A stretch of DNA of 64,000 nt, taken from positions 992,001 through 1,056,000 of the forward strand of contig NW_026920935.1 of the NCBI RefSeq assembly GCF_032062105.1. The letters are read 5' to 3'. The notes beneath the pieces were generated by a model. That model saw only the letters and a program-made list of their open reading frames with translations. It was not told the DNA's origin and did no database searches. Below are positions 12,555 through 25,960 of the stretch, in pieces. Each line of letters opens with the position of its first letter. The first letter of the stretch is position 1. The DNA comes from Saccostrea cucullata (lineage: Eukaryota). A program made the position numbers and the translations under genes.

Positions 12555-15500
12555 ATGAGCTGGAAAAACTACATGTACAGACTTTAAGTTTGGGACTTGC
12601 TATTTTAATGTCTTCATTTTTACATGTATATACTAGTACATATTAAACCTGGTTCTACTGTTTGAGAGATCCTTTTAATTTTTTTTTTAGATTTATTGAT
12701 AAAACTATTATTTAAAACATTTAAAAAGAGACAGTATTGATTTTTTTCATTGGAAACAAACCTTTAAACTTTTTAACTATTTGCAAATTAGTTTTATCGA
12801 AAATAAACAGATGAAAAAGAATTTGTTATTACTTCAGTAATCTGTTCTCTTTAAAATGTATATAGAATAAATCTTATCCGCATGATCGAACGAAAGATAA
12901 AAAATATTTGGGAAAAAAATCTGTAACAATTGGAGAAAAATCCTGGTCTTCGTCTTTAATGATCTGACTCATTAGCCCAACCAGCAGAAAGCATCGCTGT
13001 ATTTTAACAAAACCACAAAAGGTTTAAGCCGATAAGTAAGATAAAAAAGGCAGCGTTTTGTCGAAAAATTGTTCAAGTTTAAACAAATTCGTTGGTCCAC
13101 GTGCTAAAAATTCCTAAAATTGTGTTTTAAGATTGAGTAGTCAAGATGGTGGGAGCTCTTGAATAAAGTCGAATTTATCTTGTTTAAATTCTATAAATAT
13201 GATTTTTGTCAGATATTAATAAATTTTTTCTTTTTCTTTCAGTTTGGGACAAATGCCGGGAAGACCTCGTCAAAATGTTCTAAGAGTACCAGTTATTGCC
13301 CGTCAGGTAAGTACTTATATTTTTTTCATCTTTATCGAAATTCTCATGCAGAAATTGATTAAAAGTATACATTCATTATTTAGTAAAAGGTAATTAACAG
13401 CGTGAAGTCAGCCATAGAATTCACTTTGAATATTAAAAATCGATGGAATACTAATTTAATTATTTATTTCAACATTTCACAAAATGTCCTTTATATCGCT
13501 CTCTCGAATTAAAACCAGCTTCATAAATTTGTCCCTAAACGAGGAACGCAACATTTGCATTATAAATGAATATTTCTCGGCTCAAAAGCAGGGATATATC
13601 AAAACCACTCTCTGATTCTCATAAAAAAGGCTATGTATGCATGATATCGCCAATAAAAAACGGAAAGTTTCAGTAAAACTAACAAATCTGTCTCCGCAGA
13701 AAGCGGAAGGCTTAATCTTGGAAATGACTTCTAAGAGCTGGAAAAGACAGATATATCACCGCGCAATGTAAACCGGAAAAATCAATAGCAGGGCCCCGTT
13801 TGTTTCTCTTGCAATGTCAGTTTCATTATTCCGTAATGAACGACCGGAGCTAATTTCCAATATCTATTTTTCCTGAGTCCAAGAAGCGGAATGCAATGAT
13901 CACGGCAATTAAACTTCTCCTACAGACGATCTCAAGGAGCGGCCATCTTTGATAGTTTCTACGATGAAATACTCTTGACATTGGAGAATATTAATTGAAA
14001 CATGTTTAATTGATACAGGAAGGGGCGATGTAGCATGCATTTCTATCAATTTTGTTGTATAGAAATTCTCAATAAGCCGGATTATTAAGTTAATTAGTTT
14101 CATTGGGGATTGGGTGTACTATAAAGGGAGAGATGTTCAGAATTGAGCGATTTCTGTATTTGTTAATCAACATTTTATTTTTATTGAAGGATTACTATTA
14201 TCATGTTTAAATGAAAACGAGGTTCCACATACGCCAATTCTGTATAGTGTCCATTGTAATGAATCCATCAGTGAATTTGATCAATATCTAGGATACAGAA
14301 TGTAACATCTGTTTTTTATACCTTTAAAAATTAGTTTAAACCATATTTCATTTGAAAATGACAAGCAGAAAATACAGGCACGAAGTACAAAAATCAAAAA
14401 GGATTCAGAAACAAGTTTTAAAAACTTTTACTGAATTTAATATTAAGTTGACACCCTTATTAGATACAGATGTAGATACAAACACGGTTTTAAGCTGCTT
14501 AAAACATGTTCAAAAATTTGTTCCTATACAGATCCATACGAAAAAAGGATATAATTTCTAATGTTTTTTTTACTTCGAGGTCATTCAGAAGTATAATGTT
14601 ACAATTCTAGAATTTGACTGAGTTCCGTTAAAATGTAGGTCTGTTAAAATGCACTTGTTCAAGTTGTTTTGTTTCGTAGCAAATTAGTTATATATTTTTA
14701 GAACTTTTGAGGATCCTTTTGATAAAAATCTGTTAGCGGAGAGTGCACCACGATTCCGCACCTTTCGTCTTCCATAGTTTAGTGCTTTTGATGTATAAGC
14801 ACTTTGCAACGTGTAACTAAGATATTTTATAATGAAAGATTAAATCTATTGAGACATCAGTTGGTGAGGAAACATCAAATGAGCTTGTAGATGTTGGCTT
14901 CAGAGAAAGTAAGGTGTACATGTGTAGCTTGAAAAACGAACAATTTTTTATCTGAAGAAAAAAATCTAGAATTTGGCTAAGATAAGCTGACCCCGCCCAC
15001 CCATGTTGTCAGGCTCTTGACCGTCTAGGAGAGTTTTTAGACAATGGACAGGAAGTGACGTGTAAACACCAAAGATTAGACCGACTTAGGCTTAGCTGTT
15101 TTCTGTGGTCAAAAATAAAAGCCTTGGAAGATTTTAACAATAGAGTATTAGATTTAAAAGTGTCCAAAACGGGGGAAATAAAAACATTGTTCTCAATTAT
15201 TTAAAATTCTTGTGTTTAGTTTAAATTTGTGAAAGTTCAACTCTTAATCCGTATCAAGTGATCTCTTTGGTGAAAAATAACTTGGAATATGTCTGTATGA
15301 ATAATATAAACCTTATATAGGTTTTTAAAGATTTTTTTTTATTCACCCCTAACCTTGTTCATACCACAGGGGCTTGTCACGAAATATTTATCTTCTTTTA
15401 ATATAGTTACCCCAACTATAAAAATACATATTTTATAGTCGGGGTAACTATATTAAAAGAAGATAAATATGACAAGCCCCTGTGGTTCATACATAAATAG

Positions 15501-18392
15501 ATACTGGAGTATTACAAATTAATACCAAAAACTTGCATGTGATTGTCATATCTTTTTTCTTAATAAAAAAAAAGGACTCCAAATTCCTAACTCACACTTG
15601 TTATGAAACCTATAAATGTATGAAATATATGGAGATAACGAACAGTATTTAAGCTCAAAAGTCCATAAAACAGTACTAAATAGGAGCGGAGCAAACACGG
15701 ACCTCCAAAACATAAGAGGTGGGATCAGGTGGCATGGAGGAGTGAGCATCCCCTGCAGACCAGTCACGTCCGCTATGTTCTCCTTGTCATGATGCAGAAA
15801 AAAGGGAAAAATTCATCGTCAATTCAGTGCCTAACAATAAGTAACGTCAGTCAGCATTTGATTCAAAGAAATTGTCTGTATTTACTGACAGGGTCATTGT
15901 ATCGACCATAGAACTTACGAATTGATGAATTTAAACGAAATGGATATATTATAAAAGGAAATTGATAGATTATTGGAGTATAACGCTAATATATCTCCAC
16001 CACCTTACAGTATGTAAAATGTTAAAGTAAAATCAGTAAATAAATCCGGAATTATTGTGATATCAACTAAATCTCGCCTCTTTTGTAGGTCACTACTATG
16101 AGACCTGTCCCCAGGACAAAGGTGCACGCTGTGTCCAGTGTGACTCTAAGTCCTACCAGCCGGACAGAAATGGACCACTGGACAAATGTAAAGCAAAGTA
16201 GGTCATCTTTATATTCTTGGAAGTTTACAATATGATGCTCAGACAGTTTTGGATCTTTTTTCATCTACGAATATTACCATGTAACCTCTTTGTTTGAGAT
16301 CTAACCACTTGGTGATGAGAGCATTTGATTTTTTGTCCAATATTTACAGGACTACATGTGACCGACAGAACATGGAGTATGCTGATCAGGGCAGTGCACT
16401 GAGGGACGCTAAATGTCGGTGTGCCCCCGGGTATCACTTCCTGAATACAGACCAAACCCACTGTGTCCCCAACAACGTGTGTCCAGTGGGCTGGGGACAA
16501 ACAGATTATGGTACACAAAACTTTTCTTATCACCCAGTTCTTTATTATGTTTGAAATTTGGAAGACTTTTTAATTTAAGTTTCACATAAACTTAACTTTT
16601 GTTTTAATTTTAGGCTCGTGTGAAGATTGTCACAAACGCAATATGTACTCAGACAAGGCAGATAAAGTCCAAAGATGTCAAGTGCTTCGAAAGTAAGTAG
16701 CCTTTTATTGAATTATACAATCGAAGTATTGGAGAATGAGACTGTCTGATAACCATTCCCAGGAAGGTCTACAAGATTAATTCTGTCTTTTATTTCAGCT
16801 GTGAGAAGGAAAACCGTTGTACTAAACGAAGGAGTAATGGGACTTTCAATAATGAATGTGATCAACCAACAAAAGGTTAGTTACATGAATTCATCTTATG
16901 AAAAATTAATTTGAATTATGCAGCAAAATCGCCTCGTTTCACAATTTTCTTTACTCCTACATTGTGATACTATTGCATCTCATTTATTCAATTTTGCAGA
17001 TATATCTAACTGTACAAACCCAGGACCTGCGACTGGTTCACATAGGGCGCTACAGTCGTCAGCATCAGCTCCAATATACGCAGGCGCAGCAGTCGGTGCC
17101 ATCATTTTCCTTGTCTTGATCTTCTTTCTTGTAATGTTCTTGCTATGGAAACGACGTCGTGCGCAGTCGAAGGACGACGCACTTTCCAGGGACCAGATAG
17201 ATAGCCTGTTGGAAAGAATAGTAACACGTTCAGAGGGCGACGAGTCTTACAGCAGGAAAGGTAACTTGGGATCACTATCTGGCGAAAAAATCCAAAATAA
17301 ATTATATTCACACTATGTTTAAAGAAGAGAGAGAGTTTGAACATGAATTTTTAGTATTTTTTACATTATTTCAGTTATTGCTGCCTCCTTCCGCGAGATT
17401 GAAGACAGAATAGACCGTCAGATCTGGAAACTCCCTCAAGAGTTATTCAGGGAACACATGCAGCCCGCTATGTACGAGGTCATTGTTGAAAAATACAAAG
17501 GTAATACTGACAAAACTTGTACTTACTGTTTCTAGCTGTATTCTTTTGTCATTTATTTCTATATTATTCGCCATTTATCAAGCACACATAAAAATATTTA
17601 TTTAACAATATTCAGAAAAGGACCACAAGTACGCCATCAATGGGTACCTTCAGGATTGGCGAGAATGGAAGGGAGAGAACTCGGAGGCCATCAGTCACCT
17701 CTTTAAATGTCTCAGGCTGGTGGAGAGGGAGGACATTGTGTATGAAATCTGCAATAAATTCAGAGAAGGTAAAGCAATTTACATGACATTTGTGTTATTT
17801 GAATTGATTTTACGAGAAACTTATTTTAGATAAATTCCAGTTAACTGTTTATATGTTCGAAGCCAAAGTACATTGTTCCAAAAACAAAGCACTTGTGAGA
17901 TTTAGCATGAGAAACTCAGCTTAATATCTCAAAACATCATGGTAAGAATGGTTGGGGATGTGATCAATCTATAATAATTTTGACCTTGAAATTTCCAAAT
18001 TGCTTTTAGGGTACCCCGAGGTTGTCATGGACGCGGAAGTCAAGTTGGACAACGGAATCGTCAAGAAGAGAAGTCAAAAAATCACATTTAAAGAATATCT
18101 TAAAGAAACACTGTGTTGCTGTCCATCTAAACGTAAACGTTATACAGAGAAGGATGAACCTAAGGAAACACAAGATTCTTTACTTGACGCAAAAACAAAG
18201 GAAGCGGAAGTTTGCGAAAAAGAGAAGATGGAAGAATCCGATGACGTCCTGCCGATGTCCCCTTCAGAAGCCGGTGCTATTTATAGAGAACGACCAAGCC
18301 CCAGTGCCCCTGTCATTGATGATGCAGGAAACGTGCATGTCATAATTCCCATGAACAGAGCTTATTCATTTCCGGTTCAAGCAAGCTCATGA
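12555..18392 (+). CDS. TNF receptor superfamily member with death domain (multi-exon, >=494 aa, start codon not located)
   Basis: Phase-consistent GT-AG exons: 12555-12625 (signal-peptide-like [14 protein letters not shown]; least certain exon), 13243-13306, 16089-16197, 16350-16510, 16614-16692, 16799-16875, 17000-17260, 17375-17500, 17616-17768, 18010-18392 (stop). TNFR Cys-rich repeats (YCPSGHYYETC...CVQC...CK; [12 protein letters not shown]...CPVGWGQ...CEDC), TM helix [25 protein letters not shown] followed by KRRR, and a death-domain-like segment ([11 protein letters not shown]...[14 protein letters not shown]). Confidence 0.88.
15365..15484. mobile_element. 120-bp foldback MITE with 8-bp TSD, in a TNFR intron
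   Basis: Near-perfect palindrome CACAGGGGCTTGTCA...TGACAAGCCCCTGTG flanked by the direct repeat GTTCATAC (15357-15364, 15485-15492). Confidence 0.85.
15625..15948 (-). mobile_element. Penelope-like retroelement 3' fragment
   Basis: Reverse complement matches ~62630-62975 ([10 protein letters not shown]-type coding end plus the GTGAC..GGATGCTCACTCC..CACCTGAT 3' region). Confidence 0.8.
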
Positions 18393-20024
18393 TTACGTTG
18401 TATGAAACAGAGACAACGTGCAATTTACAGCATCAAATGCTTTAATGTGCAATGATCACTGCATTCCGAGTTCAGTAGGAATACACAGGTGTTCATAGTG
18501 GTTGAATATTATGGATTTTGAACAATAGTTGGGCGAATTATGTCTTTCATTCAAAATGAAAGCAGCCCTGTTTCTTGAAAGCTCGAAAAGACTTTCTTAT
18601 AAGAACAAACTGTACATTACGTTTAATATGTGTAAATGAACTCTGCGTTCAGTACATTAACTTTCATGAAGTGATTTTCATTTAAATGTTGTTGCTTTTA
18701 AGTTGTTGTGTGAATGGCTTTATCTTAAACTGACAACGAGACCTCGTGTATGACGTCATCAGAGCCTATAAGTATTCAAACAAATCGAGTACTTAACTAC
18801 ATGTAGCTTATGTAATTTTATCATGGCGTGATGGCTTTTTCGACATCGACGCTTCGGTATCATTATTATCGAAATAATTCTTGATAAGAAACTTAATTAT
18901 AGTAATAATCGTATTAGATTCTGGTATGGAATTATAAATGATGAACGGTGCACGCCATTTTATTGCCATAGTAACGATTTATCAGTAACTGATATGAAGC
19001 TATTTACTTCATGGTGTCTCATTAAGTTGTGTTAAAATCTTAATCAAAGCTTTGTCATCGGGTTATCTATTACAATTTACATCAATAAGGCACGGAAACT
19101 CACGTCAAGTTCTTCTAAAACGGAATCAGTCCCAGCCTTATAGCTTAAGATAACATCCAAATGGAAAAATAAATGTGATGATATGGAATATTATGAAACC
19201 AATATCAAGTGCATCGATTTCAAAAAAATGTTTTATCAATTATTGTCGAAGTTATCGGAACAGTTTTCCATACATTCATCTCAAATTATCGAACACGAAT
19301 AGACAATATTATGTCACTTCTAAACGCTTGTCACGTTGGCTGTTGTAAGTTAGTGCCCCTCGGTATATGAAAGAAAGCAATTTACAATATGATCAATTTA
19401 TTGACTTAACATGTATGTTTTTTATTAACATAATCAAAGGCATTTATTGAATAAATTCTAATAGCGAAATAAAATGTATTTTGATATGCTAATTGTTTTG
19501 ATTTTTTATTATCATCAAGTACATTTGGGTAGCTTCAGGTCTGTAGCTCAATGGTCTGAAAAAGAGTCCAGATAAAAATGCCATTGCTAATTTTTAATAG
19601 TAGACAGATTGTAAAGGTTTATAAGTGTAATAACTTTAGGAACTGAATCAAATTTGAGCTAAAATAAGAAATAAAAATATACTGCGTATATTACAAAAAT
19701 ACAAAACTTGTCAGATTATATGAGGCCTTGCTAGGTGTCCATTATCATACATTTATTAGAAAAGTGCAGCGGTGGATTTAGGAGAGTGAGGTGTCCTAAA
19801 AGTTTTAATGAAAAAGAATTTGATCTTTAGAATCCTTGATAAAAAAATATCTCGATAAACTTATGTGACGTTTGCGCTCCTCCGGGATTTGGCCCTGAAG
19901 TATATTACCATAAATAAGCATGAAATAACATTTGATACTTGTTTCACATATTGAAATAATTGTGAATAGAGGGATTTATGAAATGAAGGCCCTTTGAATT
20001 AAACATGCAGTTAGCTGTAATTAG

Positions 20025-23000
20025 TCTATTTAAAACTAAGATGAGTTTGTGTAACACTGATCTGTCTCTGTATTGCAGCTCATGGCCAAGGTTAAAGATT
20101 TTGTTAAAACTCTTTGCAAGGTCAAGATTATTACGTATAAAATGTCGGTACGCAATGAAAGGTCTTGTCGCAACGAATACACAACTGAAATATAAAGCCT
20201 CGTCCCCAACCTCTCAAAAATATGGGCAATGTATAATATTTTTCAATAGTAAATCAAACGCCAAGGTCATGGACATGAGGACAAAATGTTGGTAACATGT
20301 ACATACAAAAAGATTTTGTCAAATAAGGAATACACGATTGAAATATAAAAGTCATGGCAGCAACGTAACCAAGTTATGGTGAAGTAAAAGTTTGGCTTTA
20401 CAGTCAAACTTGTCATAGCGGTCACCTCTATCCAGCGGTCACTTGTCCTATGCGGTCATTTTATTTCCTCCCAATGAAATTTCCTATATAAAGTAACTCT
20501 ATTTAGCGGTCACCTGCGTAACGTGGTCAGCGGTCACCTAATTTCAAACGAAATCGCCACTTTTCCCTGTCTTTAGCGGCCATTTTGTCCAATCACGTGG
20601 CCTGATTTGGAGTCAGCTGATTCCCAATTTTTGTTACTAATGTAAATAATCAGTCAAGTGTTGCGGGATCGTGAATAAAAATTAATAAATGGAGCAATTA
20701 TTTTACTGGATAAGCATATTCAAGAATCATTTTACAAACTAACTGCTTCTATATTTTACCAAACTCGAACAACTATGCTTATGACGAAAAAAGTTAACAG
20801 GCAAAAAACGAATACTAGTCATGCTAGTATTATCGATAACTGATTATCAGGGTCTTATAACTTCTGGATTTTCAATTAAGTTTTAAAAAAGAACAACATA
20901 TGAACTATATTAATCTATTAATGACTATGATATTTTTTGTTTACTATTGTAACCGGAAGTAGAACTCTTCAGTTTATAAATTACCAAAGTTACTAGCCAA
21001 CTTGGCTGAAAGGAGTAAACTATCTCCAGTTATAAATGATCAACCCAGGTAAGGGGATTTCTGAACTATGGTCAACGCTAAATGAAAACACAGTTGTAAG
21101 TTTTATCAATTTAATAAAGTGAGAATTAACCGTTGTAAATGATAACAAATAATAAATAATGATCAAAATTTAACAAACAGAAAAGTCTTTGAAAATGGCA
21201 CAGGATAAATAAAGCTTTAACAAAAATGTAATTTAATCTGAAAAATGAATCTCAATAATCTCAATGAATAATCTCAATAAATAAATAATTGAAAAAATGT
21301 AATGAAAAATGGGAGGAATGTGGCAAAACTATGAAAAATAATCTATGTCCCTACTGGGCTTCCATACTTATCAAAAAGGTGAAAAATCCTATAAAAATCA
21401 ATGAGATGGAAAAATGAAAAGGGAATGAGCTACATCACCCAATATGACTACTATCAACACTCTAGAGTTAATCTGAAAATATCAATACTAATTCTAGGCT
21501 CTAAAAATAACTGACCCAGAAAATAAACAACACCCAAAAATAAATAATAAATAGTGGTTCTAGAAAATAAACCTGTTATCTACATATCCCTAGACCAGGC
21601 TGGACTTGGAAAGGGAAACTAAATTTACTTCAAATACCCTACATCCTAACTGTTTCCTAACATGTGAAAAACGTGAAACTAAATCTAAGCCAAAACCTAG
21701 AGAACTTGTTAAACCATAAGGTTTTCTTAGTCCACTAAGTATCTAATCAAATAGTGCTCATAAACCATAAGGTTTTCTTAGCACAGAAAAGAGGAACTAA
21801 CCATGAGGCTGTGTTCCCCAACCCAAGTGAAGAAAACTACACGAACACGGGTTTAAATACCCTGACAAGGCCCAAAATAAAAGCCAATGACTATCAAAGA
21901 TCCTTAAGCTAAATTAACCAATCAGAACGCAGGTATCAAAAGTACTACGGAAAGACTGCCAACATGGATGACACTTCCTGTTTAAAAAGTAAAACATGTG
22001 GAATGTCAACTCATGTCCTAACTTATAAAAGACAAATAATAAAGGACTTTTACGTAAGTAACAACTGAAAACAAATGGTAAATAGAATTATCAGACTGAA
22101 ATACCAGCAAATACTTGTAAATTATGAATTACGAAACGATGGCTATGAAATAAAAATCTAAACCACTACACTATTTACAGTGTCGATATCGCGCCCAACT
22201 CTGCATGATCTGAAAGTTGTAAATGTATTACGCTTGATAAGCATTTTAATTTTCACACTTAGGAAATTTGATCATTTGTTGAAGCCATAATTACAGTTTA
22301 TATACACATTGTGGCTTGGCTATGTTGTGAATTTCACATAGGAAACGACCGTTAGGGATTAGTAACGCTTCATTGCTCAGGACACCTGTGCACCTGTTGA
22401 TCAACTGAGAGTACGTCTGAGAGTTTATTATACAACAAATCATGTACAGTTGTGTACATGTATTTAAAAAAATACATGTACACAGGTTAATTTTATGAAT
22501 CAAGTTTAGATAAAATAATTTTTAACTGATTTTATTCATTCCATACACAAAGAAAAAAATTGTTTTGATGGGGGATAATGCAACACGCTGTAAGAGTAAG
22601 ATTCAGTACACAGGTATTTTATTAAATTTTGGATTCATTAAATTTAGTTTGAATTCATCCATAAAAGTAATGCATCTCCTAAATAAAAAAAAATGATAAT
22701 TTAAGTGAGATCACTAATGTCCAATACCTAACTTTCTTGTATATTTTGTGGTGAAAAACATAATATAAACACAAAACTGACACATTAAATTTGTAAATAA
22801 ATTCTTTTTAAAAAAGATGAACCTCTTTTCAAAGGTCACCTCTCTATAAAGGTCACTTTTGATGGATCCCATAGGTGACTGCTTAATACAAGTTTCACTG
22901 TATTTCTTTTTATTTTTTGGTTGACAAAAGGATGTCAAACTTCAATGTCAAAGTCAGGAGGACAAACATTTTGGAACACAAAAAAGGTCTAGACACAAGC

Positions 23001-23120
23001 AATATACAGATGAAAAACGATAGCTGTAGCAACACCCGCTTAAAAGTTAAGAAGACCCGAGATTAAAAATTAATTTTGTTTATAAATAGACAGCTAGACA
23101 GACAGTGGTTCTAACAAAAA
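20025..23120 (+). mobile_element. Degenerate Helentron-like non-autonomous element, interrupted by the Tc1/mariner-like element
   Basis: Degenerate CAAGGTCA...AAAGGTCT...GAATACAC..TGAAATATAAA repeat units on both sides of the insertion, with a GACA-rich tract near 23090-23105. Confidence 0.4.
20401..22900. mobile_element. Non-autonomous Tc1/mariner (pogo-like) DNA transposon, 2.5 kb
   Basis: TIRs CAGTCAAACTTGTCATAGCGGTCACCT (left) and CAGTGAAACTTGTATTAAGCAGTCACCT (right, reverse complement), TA on both flanks (20399-20400, 22901-22902), subterminal GGTCAC repeats, no transposase ORF. Confidence 0.8.
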
Positions 23121-23450
23121 ACTTCACGTCAACGATTCTCCAGTAAAAGGGAGATACATGTAGGATGAGATGAATTTAAAAATCTTAAAGGATTACTAGT
23201 ACATGTACATGTATGTCCTCATAGAGAAAGGGAAACCTTGTCGAACATCCGATGCAATTTCCAGACCTGAGGTTAACGATTCTAATGTGGGAGTCACATT
23301 AAAAAATATCACAAATAAATTATTCATTATTGTTAACTCTAAACTTTTTGAACAATGAAATATCCATTTCCTTCAGTTATCGTTTAGATTAATATTTGGA
23401 TGAAAACAGACTGACCCCTAAAAATATACCGGTACGAAGATTTAACCAAA

Positions 23451-23512
23451 TACAAAGGGATTGGGCACAAGTTCTAAATAAGTTTTTAGAACTTGTGCCC
23501 AATCCCTTTGTA
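23451..23512. repeat. Perfect 28-bp inverted repeat with 6-nt loop
   Basis: TACAAAGGGATTGGGCACAAGTTCTAAA-taagtt-TTTAGAACTTGTGCCCAATCCCTTTGTA. Confidence 0.9.
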
Positions 23513-25779
23513 ATTAGAAATTACAATGAAATATGTTCAAACATTGTACATTTTTGGGCAATAAAAATGCATATGATTCTTATAAGCTTCTCATATCGAT
23601 ACATTTCACAAATTTATAAGAACTGAAAATGTACGTTCTTAATTGTGCTGCTTGTTTTTAATATCTAAGCACGAAATTCAGGAAAGTCACTCTATGTTCA
23701 TTAAAAAATATTATCATGTAATTGCAAAATTGTCAAATTTCTCAGAGGGTATTTTGCCCTAAAAGAAAAAAAACCTTGCCATCGTAAAAATGTATGATGA
23801 GTATGAGGAGAATAATCTGAAGAGAAAGGATAAATTTAATGAAAATTCATTTTAGCATAGTTGATATAAATCTCTGTTTTCTTTCACTTGAGATAAACAT
23901 CTTCAATGATAAATAGTGCGGGTGTCTGAAACTCTGTATGGACTGATATTTATAAGGACTTCAGATTTCTTCACCTTGTCACCTGAAAACCTAAAGACCC
24001 ACAATAAAGATTCAAAACACTCTAAGTGTGACCCCGATGCGTAGCGTCCTGGCATTTTTCTAGATGTTATCACATATATTAAATGAATAATGCACCATTT
24101 TCTCTTTCAGACTGACCCCATCCTAGTTGTGGGGCCAATTTTATTTGGTCATGTTAATTTGAAAACTGTACATAAAAAATAAAACATGAAAGAAATCCAA
24201 TATTCCATAAGATTCGTTACCATGATAAAATGAAATGACAACACATAGCGGCTTCAGATTTCACTATAAAATATTTATCGCAAAAATCTTGTTTCTTTAG
24301 CTTTAATCCACCCCAGACCAAAGAGGGCATTGTGACCGTTTTTTAACGTAAATGTTTCCAAATCAACAAATTTTCTGATCTATGTACTTCAACAGAATAC
24401 GTATTTTATTAAAACACCCGAACTTTTGTTTCTGGTAGGCACATTAATTAGGGAAATTGAAGGTACTTTTAGCATAAAATGATGGAGGGACCAACATATC
24501 GCCATCATTGTCTATCTTAGTTTTGAGTCTACAAGATCCCTAAAGAATCAATGTGAAGTACCATTGGTAATTTGTATACAAACAATGATACAGATCCCCG
24601 CCATGACACAGTCAATCTTTGAGGGTGGATTTGTCTTTCTACATTTATGTCATCGGTATCAGTTTTACTTCATTTACATAGGTAGAATGAAACCAATTAC
24701 TTACAAATTCCGTGTCTTAGATTTCAACGAATCCAGAAAAGAAGATTAAGGTAGATGTGAAAATACCTTCAACTGATACCTTACATGTCAGATTTAGGAC
24801 ATCCAGTTTTCCTAAATTTAAATAAATTCTCCATTTAGTATTCTTGAATTACATTGAAAAAATTATATAAACAAAACTTGAAAGTCCACAGTTAAGGTGT
24901 CATGACACAGTAAAATTTTACTAAAGTAAAAATAAACAAGTTAATTTAAAAAAGAACGTTGACATACCAATATCTGCTTACTTTTCAAAATTTTCTCCTA
25001 AAATGTAAAGATACTTGTATTGCAATTATTGATAGTTCAAGTACCTTTACACAAGGCTCTGTTTTGCCATTATCTAAAAAATGCAATACATTGTATACTG
25101 ATGTTTACCGCTAAATTACCAGCACAATTAGGAAGCCATTTTAGCTTGATTATCATTGATTATAATATTATCTGAATTATCTGAATTAAAAACATGTCAC
25201 TGAAAAAATGAAAATTTTCTCAAAGTGTTTCAATAAAATAAATCAAGATTGGGTATATTTTACTGTTATATTATTGTTAAATACATGCGAGGATCAAAGA
25301 TGTTTTGATACTGTGTGACTGTGTTATGTTTTTTTTTTATATATACTAATTGATCTCTCTGATTTAATTTTTCTTCAATGTAGAAATAAACATTTAATAC
25401 GACTATATTTCCATTAGCAAAAGGTATAGGCTACGAGCACTTTTAAACAGTGCATATTGTTTCTCATAAAAATATAGCCTTATACCTATTTTAATTTCTA
25501 TCTATCTTATATGAGGTCAAGGAAGATTTTTTTTACAGCAATCTTCGTTATGGGAAGGGAAAAAGGGGTTATATTATATTAAATAAAAAATTTATGTAAA
25601 GCCAATGCGTAATGCATATATATGATGCCTAGGGTTCGATCACAAATAATCCATTTCAGTAACTATGCTGAATAACTCGTTCCTGCATGATCGATATGAA
25701 AATGAAAATTGGTAAAATTCTAGATTTGTTATGCATAATTTCATCTAATTTTTTTAAAGAACACATATGAATATATAGA

Positions 25780-25960
25780 TCTTAAACACATCAAAGGTGG
25801 GATCAGGTGCCGAGAGAGAGTAATCATCCCCTGGGCTGTTGACAACTCACACCCGCTCTTTGTCATGAATAAACAGGAAAATCCGTAATCAGTTCAGGAT
25901 GAAATCAATGACGTAATGATCTGCATGAAAGACGCCAGACAACATTAAAAAAGGGTCCGA
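25780..25960 (-). mobile_element. Degenerate Penelope-like 3' fragment
   Basis: AAGGTGGGATCAGGTGCC...CATCCCCTG matches the other copies. Confidence 0.55.
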
